A stretch of 49,657 bases of DNA from Gaiellales bacterium. Lineage in GTDB: Bacteria; Actinomycetota; Thermoleophilia; Gaiellales; JAICJC01. Positions 33,464-41,172 of this stretch are shown piece by piece; position 1 is the stretch's first letter; the number at the start of each line of letters is the position of its first letter. The DNA is taken from contig JBQCGJ010000111.1 in NCBI GenBank assembly GCA_051955775.1, positions 1-49,657 on the forward strand, in the 5' to 3' direction. Below the pieces are notes generated by a model. It was not told the DNA's origin, did not search any database, and was given only the letters and a program-made list of their open reading frames with translations. Made by a program: the position numbers and the translations under genes.

Positions 33464-33974
33464 CCGCGGCGTGCTCCGCCTCGAGCTCCAGCGCGTCGCC
33501 CGGCTGCGAGGCGGTCAGCGGCTCGGACGGCGCCGCCCCTCGCTGCTGCACCACGTGGGCGGCCTCGTGGGCGATCAGGCGATCGCCCTCGGCGGTGCCG
33601 GGGCGGTACTCACCGTGCGCGAAGTACATGTCGCTGCCGACGGTGAACGCCCGTGCGGAGACCGACCTGGCGAGCTGGTCGGCGCCGTCTCCGGTGTGCA
33701 CTCGGGCATCGTCGAGCGGGTCTCCCAGCCCGTCCGCGAGCGACCCGCGCAGCCGCGGCTGCAGCGGCGACCCGCCACCCCGCGTGGCCGCGTTCATCGA
33801 GGCCACGCCCGGGTGCACCACGCCGCTGGGGAGCAGGCCGGCGCCGTCCGCCAGCCAACCGGCGAACGCACGGTTGCCGGCGGCGGACGCCACATCCGCC
33901 ACACCGGCCGCATCCTCCACCACCGGCTCGGCCGGCGCGTGCTCCTGCAGTCGCTCCCGATCGAACTCCGGCAT
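33447..33974 (-). CDS. DUF4157-domain protein (HExxH zincin-like), stand-alone
   Basis: LQPRLRGSLADGLGDPLDDARVHTGDGADQLARSVSARAFTVGSDMYFAHGEY...GDRLIAHEAAHVVQQ is the DUF4157 core. The start is set at the ATG at 33972-33974, preceded by GGAGGG. Its 3' end overlaps the ATPase start by 17 nt. Confidence 0.75.
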   Translation of the reverse strand: MPEFDRERLQEHAPAEPVVEDAAGVADVASAAGNRAFAGWLADGAGLLPSGVVHPGVASMNAATRGGGSPLQPRLRGSLADGLGDPLDDARVHTGDGADQLARSVSARAFTVGSDMYFAHGEYRPGTAEGDRLIAHEAAHVVQQRGAAPSEPLTASQPGDALELEAEHAADELSG

Positions 33975-34084
33975 GTGCCCTCCGGTTGCTCGCGCGGGCA
34001 GCATACTATCGTGCGTTGTGCGTTGCCCTCGACGGGGCCCCAGGAGGCGTGCACGACAGTGATCCTCGACACGTTCCCAGTTCG

Positions 34085-36268
34085 GTGAGTCAGCCCGCCC
34101 GGCAGATCGGCCGCTACGTCGTCGTGCGCGAGATCGGACGGGGCGGGATGGCGGCCGTGTACCTCGCCCGCCAGGTCGACCTCGACCGGGACGTGGCGCT
34201 CAAGGAGCTGAACGCGTTCCACGCCGCCGACCCGGCGTTCGCCGAGCGGTTCGTGCGCGAGTCGCGGATGGCGGGCTCGATGAACCACCCGAACATCGTC
34301 ACGGTGTACGAGTTCCTGACCGAGGGCAGCGTGCCGTACATCGCCATGGAGTACCTGGAACGGGGATCGCTGCGGCCGTACGTCGGGGGCACGACTCTGG
34401 CCCAGACGATCGGCGTCCTGGAGGGTGCGCTGGCGGGCCTGGCCCAGGCGGAGCGGCGCGAGATCGTGCACCGCGACATCAAGCCCGAGAACCTGATGGT
34501 GACGATGGACGGCGAGGTCAAGATCGCCGACTTCGGGATCGCCAAGGCGCTCACCGAGGCGGGTGGGCCCAACCTGACGGCGACCGGCAGCACCGTCGGC
34601 ACTCCCGCGTACATGGCCCCGGAGCAGGCCACGGCCGGGGAGGTGGGGCCGTGGACGGACCTGTACTCGATCGGCATCATGGCCTACGAGATGACGGTCG
34701 GCCGGGTGCCGTTCCACGAGGCCGAGACGCCGGTGACGGTGATGCTGCGCCACGTGAACGACGAGATCCCGCCCGCGGCGTCGGTCGACCCGAGCGTCGA
34801 TGGACGGCTCTCGGACTGGATCGACCGGTTGCTGGTGAAAGATCCGCGGGGCAGGACGCAGAACGCACGCGCGGCGTGGTACGAGCTCGAGGAGATCGCG
34901 GTGGCCGTGCTGGGGCCGCTGTGGCGGCGGGCTGCCAGGCTGGACGTGGCCGGAGCCGGAAGCGCTGCCGCGCCGCTGACACCGGCCCCGTTCGGCGGCG
35001 ACACGCCGCCCACGGAGCCGGCGGCGGCTGAATACCTGACCTACGCGGGCCGATCCCGCGAGGCGACCCCGCCGCCGCCGGTACCTTCGCCCACCCCGCC
35101 ACCGGCACCACCAGCCCCAACTCCACCGCCCGTCGAGGCCCCGGTACCGCCGGCCAGGCCAGCCGAGGCTCCTGAGGTGGCGACCGGCCCCGAGCGCACG
35201 GTGGCGCCGGCCGTCCCGGTCTCGATCGAGACCTTCGAGTCTGAGGGCGCGGGCGGCCGCGGACGCGGACTGGCGATCGGCGCGGCGCTGCTCGTGGTGG
35301 CGCTGGTGGCCGGCCTGGGGGTGTGGATCGCCGGGCGCGGTTCGGGGAAGACCACCAACCCTCCGCCACCGCCCCCGCCGGCCATGCCCAAGGTGACCGC
35401 CCAGCCGTCGCGGATCCACCAGGGCTTCGTTGGCAGCGTGGCGCCCTACCAGGGGCATGCCTGGGGCATCCGCATGGGGGGCAAGGAGATCGTGGACGTG
35501 GACCAGCCGTCCCGCAAGCCGATCCCGGTGGGGACGAACACGGTCGGGCTGGCGGACGCCGGCGGCGCGCTATGGGCGTCGAGCGGCACCTCGGGCCACG
35601 GTCAGGTGCGCAGGGTGACGCCGGGCCGGTCGCCCGAGACGGGCAGCCCGATCCCGTTCACCGGCGTGCCGGCGCATCTGCGGGCGGTGGTGGCGGACGG
35701 GACGATCTGGCAGCCGATCAAGAATGGCCTGCTGAAGATCCCCGAGCAGGGCGGACAGGCGGTGCCGGTGAGCGGCATCACGTTCACGCCGAGGTCGCTT
35801 GAGTTCATCGCCGGCGCTATCTGGGTGACCGACGGGAAGGCCACGCTGTTCCGGGTGCCGGTCACCGGAGCGCCCACGGCGAAGCCCTATCCCGTTCCCG
35901 GCGCGGGGTGGATCACCGGCAGCGCGAAGGCGCTGTACATCACGACCACGACCGGCGTCTCGACGATGGACCCGCGGCATCCCTCACCTCCGAAGCCCGT
36001 GCCGTTCCTGCAACCGGCGCCGACCCGCATCGCCCTGATCGGGGACATCCTGTGGATGACCTTCTACACACCGAGCGGCACGTCGATGGCGGGCAGCCTG
36101 GTCGGCATCGACCTGAAGAATCAGCGCCGGACGACGCCGGCCACGTTCAAGGCCCCCGCCGGCGGCTACCCGACCAAGCTGGTGGACGTGAACAACACGT
36201 TCTGGATGACCGTGCTCACCGCGGACAACAAGCCCGGCCTGGAGCCGTTCCGGATCACGGGCGGGTAG
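34085..36268 (+). CDS. Hanks-type Ser/Thr protein kinase, single TM, large extracytoplasmic repeat (propeller-like) domain
   Basis: - Kinase motifs: G-loop EIGRGGMAAVY, VALKEL, HRDIKPENLM, DFGIAK, GTPAYMAPE.
- A Pro-rich linker.
- TM helix: LAIGAALLVVALVAGLGVWIAG.
- About 330 aa extracellular.
- Start uncertain: GTG at 34085 or the in-frame GTG at 34049 (AGGAGG lies only 1 nt upstream of the latter). Confidence 0.85.
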   Translation: MSQPARQIGRYVVVREIGRGGMAAVYLARQVDLDRDVALKELNAFHAADPAFAERFVRESRMAGSMNHPNIVTVYEFLTEGSVPYIAMEYLERGSLRPYVGGTTLAQTIGVLEGALAGLAQAERREIVHRDIKPENLMVTMDGEVKIADFGIAKALTEAGGPNLTATGSTVGTPAYMAPEQATAGEVGPWTDLYSIGIMAYEMTVGRVPFHEAETPVTVMLRHVNDEIPPAASVDPSVDGRLSDWIDRLLVKDPRGRTQNARAAWYELEEIAVAVLGPLWRRAARLDVAGAGSAAAPLTPAPFGGDTPPTEPAAAEYLTYAGRSREATPPPPVPSPTPPPAPPAPTPPPVEAPVPPARPAEAPEVATGPERTVAPAVPVSIETFESEGAGGRGRGLAIGAALLVVALVAGLGVWIAGRGSGKTTNPPPPPPPAMPKVTAQPSRIHQGFVGSVAPYQGHAWGIRMGGKEIVDVDQPSRKPIPVGTNTVGLADAGGALWASSGTSGHGQVRRVTPGRSPETGSPIPFTGVPAHLRAVVADGTIWQPIKNGLLKIPEQGGQAVPVSGITFTPRSLEFIAGAIWVTDGKATLFRVPVTGAPTAKPYPVPGAGWITGSAKALYITTTTGVSTMDPRHPSPPKPVPFLQPAPTRIALIGDILWMTFYTPSGTSMAGSLVGIDLKNQRRTTPATFKAPAGGYPTKLVDVNNTFWMTVLTADNKPGLEPFRITGG

Positions 36269-36285
36269 TCGGCACAGGGGGCGTC

Positions 36286-38544
36286 ATGGGCATGCAGCCC
36301 CGGCTCGAAGATCGGTTCACCGATATCGTCGAGATCCCCCACCGGGGGATGGCCGAGGTCTTCCGCGCAACGCACCTCAAGCTCGATCGCCAGGTGGTCC
36401 TCAAGCGGCTCGCGCTCGACCGCGCCGACCCCGGACTGGCAGAACGCTTCCTGGCCGAGGCCAGGATCGTCAGCAACCTGAAACACCTGCACATCGTCGA
36501 GGTGTACGACTACTTCGAACTCGACGGGTACGCCTACATCAGCATGGAGTACCTGGAGCACGGCACGCTGCGCCCGTGGGTCGGCAGGCTCAGCGTCGCG
36601 CAATTCTGCGGGGTGTTCGAGGCCGTTCTGTCCGGCCTCAACGTCGCCTGGGGTGACCACATCGTGCATCGCGACCTCAAACCGGACAACCTCATGCTGA
36701 CGGCCAAGGACGATCTCAAGATCGTCGACTTCGGGATCGCCAAGTTGCTGAACGACCCGTCGGCCAGGGGGTACCGCACGGTTGAGGGCACGACGATCGG
36801 CACCCCGGAGTACATGGCGCCCGAGCAGGCCGGCGCCGAGGACGTCGGCTGCTGGACAGACCTGTATTCGGCCGGCATCGTGGCCTGGGAGCTGATGGTC
36901 GGGCGGGTGCCGTTCACCGGCGACTCCCACATGGCGATCATGCGGCAGCACATCGACCGGGAGGTCCCGCCGGCCCGCTCGGTCAACCCGGGGGTCGATC
37001 CGGACATCTCGCGGTGGATCGATCAGATGACCGCGAAGCAGCCGCCCCAGCGGTGGTCGTTCTGCGCGCGGGCCTGGGAGGAGCTCGAGGGCATCGCGGT
37101 CGAGCGGCTCGGGCCCGACTGGCGGTCGGCGGCGCGGCTGTCGCCACACGGCGCGCCGGCGGAGGGAGCCGCCCCGCTGGAGAAGGCATCGTTCGCCGTG
37201 GACGGGACGAGGGACTGGTCGAGGCCGCCCTCCATCGAGATCCCCAAGACCCGCCGCTGGCCGGCGCTGGCCGGTGTGCTGCTCGGCGGACTGGCGGTGA
37301 TCGGCGGGGCCGTCGGCTACCTCGAGCTCACGGGCAGCTCGACACCGGCGCCCGCCGTGCCGACCGATGTCCCACGAGCCCAGAACTGGCTGCGCGCGCA
37401 GGCCGCCGGCGATGGGTCCCTGTGGATCGCCGACCCTCGCGGCCGCATCCAGGGGCTGGCTGCGAAATCACCGAGCTACGACCTGCCCGACCCGGAAGGG
37501 CCGGTGGCAGCCGTGCCGACGGCCGGCGGCACCTGGATCGCCGATCGCGCGGGCGTGAACTTCCTGCCTCACCACGGTCGCCCCATCCCCTTCGTCGACC
37601 AGAACATGCTGCTGCTCGCCCAGGCAGGGCCTGACGACGTTGTCGCGGTGGACGCGCGCAGGAAGCTGTGCCTGTACCGGGACGGGGTACGAACCGCGAA
37701 ATGCGGGGGTCTTCCGTACCCCGTGCTGGGACTCGGCGCAACCGCCAACACGGCGTTCGTGGCCATGCAGACCGCACCGGGGCAGGACGTCGTCGATACC
37801 TACTCACTCCAGAGCGACCTCACGACTCCCACCGGGCAGATCCGGCTGGCCCAGCTCGTGCCCCCGGGATCGACACTGGTGCCGGCCGGCGGCGCGTTGT
37901 ACGTGCCGGTGGCACACGGTGTCGCCGTAGCCGCCCTGCGCTCGGACAGCGAGACCGGCGTCGTGCAACTGGCGCACACGCCGACCAGCCTGGCGATCGC
38001 ATCTGGCACGGTGTACGCCGCGGTGTATGCCTCGGGAGAGGTGGCGTGGTGGAATCCCGGAGCGCGGAAACCGATCACCGCGAGGGCGACCCGGCCCGTC
38101 GCACTGGCGGCCTCGAACGCCGGGATCGAGGTGGTCAGCGCCGACCGCACCCTGGGCCTGCTCGATACAGGTTCACGGCGTGTAGTCCACTCGGGATCCA
38201 TCGGCGTGGCGGATGGCACGCGTGTCCGGGCTGTGCGATTCAGGAGCCACATCGTGCCGACGCAGTCACCCGCTGGACTCCCCGGCGCGGTGATCTATCT
38301 CGCCACCGGCAAACTGACCGCGGCCGGCTATGTCGGCGGGCACACGTACTGGCAGCCGGGGCTGGTGAAACCGGCCGCGCCGCTCACGAGCGATGTGAAC
38401 GATCTGATGGTGACAGTCCGGGGGACCCCGCACAGGGGGTTCCCAGGAGTCACCGTGAGCGCTGTCTACCGATCATCAGCAGCCGGAACGCCGGTGGCGC
38501 GGCTCACGCGCGACGGGCGCTCGATCGTGATCACGACCAGCTGA
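36286..38544 (+). CDS. Hanks-type Ser/Thr protein kinase paralogue with degenerate glycine-rich loop, single TM, extracytoplasmic repeat domain
   Basis: VVLKRL, HRDLKPDNLM, DFGIAK and GTPEYMAPE are present, but the G-loop reads EIPHRGMAEVF. TM helix WPALAGVLLGGLAVIGGAVGYL. ATG at 36286, 17 nt after the kinase-1 stop. Confidence 0.85.
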   Translation: MGMQPRLEDRFTDIVEIPHRGMAEVFRATHLKLDRQVVLKRLALDRADPGLAERFLAEARIVSNLKHLHIVEVYDYFELDGYAYISMEYLEHGTLRPWVGRLSVAQFCGVFEAVLSGLNVAWGDHIVHRDLKPDNLMLTAKDDLKIVDFGIAKLLNDPSARGYRTVEGTTIGTPEYMAPEQAGAEDVGCWTDLYSAGIVAWELMVGRVPFTGDSHMAIMRQHIDREVPPARSVNPGVDPDISRWIDQMTAKQPPQRWSFCARAWEELEGIAVERLGPDWRSAARLSPHGAPAEGAAPLEKASFAVDGTRDWSRPPSIEIPKTRRWPALAGVLLGGLAVIGGAVGYLELTGSSTPAPAVPTDVPRAQNWLRAQAAGDGSLWIADPRGRIQGLAAKSPSYDLPDPEGPVAAVPTAGGTWIADRAGVNFLPHHGRPIPFVDQNMLLLAQAGPDDVVAVDARRKLCLYRDGVRTAKCGGLPYPVLGLGATANTAFVAMQTAPGQDVVDTYSLQSDLTTPTGQIRLAQLVPPGSTLVPAGGALYVPVAHGVAVAALRSDSETGVVQLAHTPTSLAIASGTVYAAVYASGEVAWWNPGARKPITARATRPVALAASNAGIEVVSADRTLGLLDTGSRRVVHSGSIGVADGTRVRAVRFRSHIVPTQSPAGLPGAVIYLATGKLTAAGYVGGHTYWQPGLVKPAAPLTSDVNDLMVTVRGTPHRGFPGVTVSAVYRSSAAGTPVARLTRDGRSIVITTS

Positions 38545-38625
38545 GTGCCAACTGGCACAAGGTGCGGAAGATCCGGGCCTCCCGAATCGTCGTTGGGTCA
38601 GGGCAACGGGCGAAAGGACCGGGTC

Positions 38626-41124
38626 ATGGAACCACCGCAGGGTTTCGACGACGACCATCCCCTCACGGATGGCTACCGCACCTACGCAGGCAGCGGGTCG
38701 CCGGTGGACACGGGGCCGCCGGCAGAGCCGGCGCAGCCCTCGCCCGTGCTGATCGAGGAGGCGGTCGAGGAGACGACCGGCACCGCGGTCCCGGCCCACC
38801 AGATCGACGACTTCCGGGGCGCGGAGACCGTACCCCCGCAGGCGCCTCCGCCGTGGACGCGACTGACGGGCTACCTCACCGATCCTGGCCGGCAACCGGC
38901 GCTGCTCCGCATTCTGATCGGCGCGGCGCTCATTCTGCTGCTCGCCGTCGGCGCGCTGATCGGCAGCACGATCCGCTCGACGAGCAAGGCGGTGGGTGCC
39001 ATCCTGCCGGCGTCGATCGCGACCCAGGGCATCACCGTCACGCCGACCACGGCCGTGGTGACCGACGGCCCCGGGCACATCATCAGCGTCCGTCTGTCCA
39101 ACCTGTCGACCATCTCCAGCATCACGGACCCGGAGCAGCCCACGGGGCTGTTTGACGACGGCTCACAGGTGATCGTGTTCGACCACACCAGCATCGAGGG
39201 CCTCAACCGCAGAACGCTGCAGCGGCTGTGGGGCACCGCCGGGCATGGTCGCTTCGTCGCGGTCGCCGGGGGACACGGCCATCCGATCGTCGTGGTCGGG
39301 CGACACGGCCGCCACGGCACCATGTGCCTGCTGGTCCATCACCAGCTGGCGCACTGCCACGAGCTCGCCTTCGCGCCGTCAGGCGTGGGAGTCGACCGAA
39401 ACGGCAACGTGTACGTGGTTGACGGCAAGCACGGCCGCATCCTCCGCTACCGACTCCACCACGGACGGTTCAAGCGGCACGGCAAGCCGATCACGCTGCC
39501 GCCGGGCCACAACCTGCGAAATCCCATTGTGATCTCCGGCAACAACATCATCATCGCCGACGACAGCTCGGTGTACGTGATCAACTCCACCACCGGCCGC
39601 CAGGAGAGCTCGATGGAGTTCGACAGCGCGATCGCCGACATGTGGGTATCGCCGGCCGGCCAGGTGTTCGTCGCCGAGTACCTGACCAATGAGGTGCAGT
39701 GGGCGTCGCTGAGCGCTCCTGATCAGCTGCACACGGTGCACATCGACAAGCCCGTTGCACTGGACGGCAACGCGAACGGCGTGTTCGTGCTCACCGAGGG
39801 TGACATGGTGGCGCAGATCAATCCCGCGACCGGCCGCATCGTGCAGTCGAGGCAGCTTGCCGTATCGGCCGCCGCGGTCGTGCCGCCGGTGACCGGGGCC
39901 ATCGACATCACCAGGATCCCGCTGGGCTATGACGTCACCGTCGCCCTCAGCCGGGGGCGGCTGATGCCACAGAGCCTGACCTCGACCGACAATCACATCG
40001 CTGACCGGCACGGCGCCGTGCAGGTATGGGAGAGCGGCATCACCGCGACCCAAACGACCGCCAGCAGGTATGGCCTGGTGGTCTCGATGAAGGGGGCGGC
40101 GGGTGACGTCATGAACGTCGACATCGCCAACCGCGGGCCGAGCAAGCTCGCGTCGATGGACGAGCACGAGAACCAGAGTCATACCGCCGTTGTGATCACC
40201 CTCGGCACGCGTGCACTGCCAAAGCTGGAGCACGTGCCGATGGTCGTCGGGCTGCCCAAAGCGCAGGCCGAGCAGAAGATCACATCCGCGGGGCTTACGG
40301 TGGGCCTGATCGTGCTGGCGCACTCGTCGAGCGTGCCCAGGGGCGACGTGATCTCCTCCTCGCCCGTCGCGAACACCCCTCTACGGCACGGCCAGCCGGT
40401 CGCCCTGACGGTGTCGGTGGGAGCCGGTACGGGGCCGATCACGACCCGCGTGCCATCGGTCGTGGGCAGGTCACAATCAGCCGCCGAGTCGGCGATCACA
40501 GGCGCCCACCTCCACGTGGGCACCGTGACGACCGAGAACAGCACCACCGTCCCGCGCGGCGACGTGATGAGGAGCTCGCCGGCCGCAGGCGTCGTCGTCA
40601 AGCAGGGCTCGCCGGTGAACCTGGTGGTGTCGAAAGGCCCGGCCACCGTATCGGTGCCGTGTCTGACCGGCCACATGGAGACCACCGAGATGGCCGCCCT
40701 GCGGGCCGCAGGGCTCAACCTCGGAGTGGTGACGATGCAGTACGACAGAAGCCACCCGGGCGTGCTGCTCGGATGCAGCCCGACTGGCTCGCAGCCGATC
40801 GGGGCGAAGATCGGCCTGACGGTCTCCGCGGGTTTCCCGCCGGCGCCGTCGATCGACTCGATCTCGACCGACCCGAACAAGATCACGGCGACCGTGTGGT
40901 TCTCGGAGAAGGACACTCACGCGACCGTGTGGTGCGAGCTCTTGAACTCGGCCGGAGCAGCGGACTCGGGGCCCGCCGCCTGCAGCAGTCCGTGGACCGT
41001 CCCGGTCGACACCTCCGGCGAGGTCAACTGCACCGTGAGCAAGACGTTCGTTCTGTGGGCGACCGATGCCGGGCTCACGACGAACCAGACGAGCCAGGAG
41101 TTCCGGTTCACCTGGCCGTGCTGA
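38626..41124 (+). CDS. Membrane protein: cytoplasmic N-tail / TM / His-rich + NHL-like propeller / 3x PASTA / C-terminal Ig-like domain (no kinase domain)
   Basis: - TM helix: ALLRILIGAALILLLAVGALIGS.
- NHL-like blades: GVGVDRNGNVYVVDGKHGRILRY; NNIIIADDSSVYVIN; GQVFVAEYLTNEV.
- PASTA units: VPMVVGLPKAQAEQKITSAGLTVG...; VPSVVGRSQSAAESAITGAHLHVG...; VPCLTGHMETTEMAALRAAGLNLG...
- ATG at 38626, preceded by GAAAGGA. Confidence 0.75.
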   Translation: MEPPQGFDDDHPLTDGYRTYAGSGSPVDTGPPAEPAQPSPVLIEEAVEETTGTAVPAHQIDDFRGAETVPPQAPPPWTRLTGYLTDPGRQPALLRILIGAALILLLAVGALIGSTIRSTSKAVGAILPASIATQGITVTPTTAVVTDGPGHIISVRLSNLSTISSITDPEQPTGLFDDGSQVIVFDHTSIEGLNRRTLQRLWGTAGHGRFVAVAGGHGHPIVVVGRHGRHGTMCLLVHHQLAHCHELAFAPSGVGVDRNGNVYVVDGKHGRILRYRLHHGRFKRHGKPITLPPGHNLRNPIVISGNNIIIADDSSVYVINSTTGRQESSMEFDSAIADMWVSPAGQVFVAEYLTNEVQWASLSAPDQLHTVHIDKPVALDGNANGVFVLTEGDMVAQINPATGRIVQSRQLAVSAAAVVPPVTGAIDITRIPLGYDVTVALSRGRLMPQSLTSTDNHIADRHGAVQVWESGITATQTTASRYGLVVSMKGAAGDVMNVDIANRGPSKLASMDEHENQSHTAVVITLGTRALPKLEHVPMVVGLPKAQAEQKITSAGLTVGLIVLAHSSSVPRGDVISSSPVANTPLRHGQPVALTVSVGAGTGPITTRVPSVVGRSQSAAESAITGAHLHVGTVTTENSTTVPRGDVMRSSPAAGVVVKQGSPVNLVVSKGPATVSVPCLTGHMETTEMAALRAAGLNLGVVTMQYDRSHPGVLLGCSPTGSQPIGAKIGLTVSAGFPPAPSIDSISTDPNKITATVWFSEKDTHATVWCELLNSAGAADSGPAACSSPWTVPVDTSGEVNCTVSKTFVLWATDAGLTTNQTSQEFRFTWPC

Positions 41125-41172
41125 GGTGATCCAGATGCGGGTGGGGTACGGCCGACCCCGTGGCCCCACCCG

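Noticed and set aside
13731-33974. Prophage or type VI secretion system as an explanation for the sheath/tube/baseplate genes.
   Set aside because: There are no capsid, portal, terminase, integrase or att-like repeats. There is no TssB/TssC split sheath, TssM/L/J membrane complex, TssK or ClpV. The ATPase, DUF4255 cap and LysM hub are eCIS/CIS hallmarks.
34042-34051. AGGAGG followed by an in-frame GTG at 34049 as the start of kinase 1.
   Set aside because: The spacer between AGGAGG and GTG is only 1 nt, too short for a functional Shine-Dalgarno interaction. I kept the GTG at 34085 as the working start but flagged the uncertainty. The AGGAGG could instead be coincidental.
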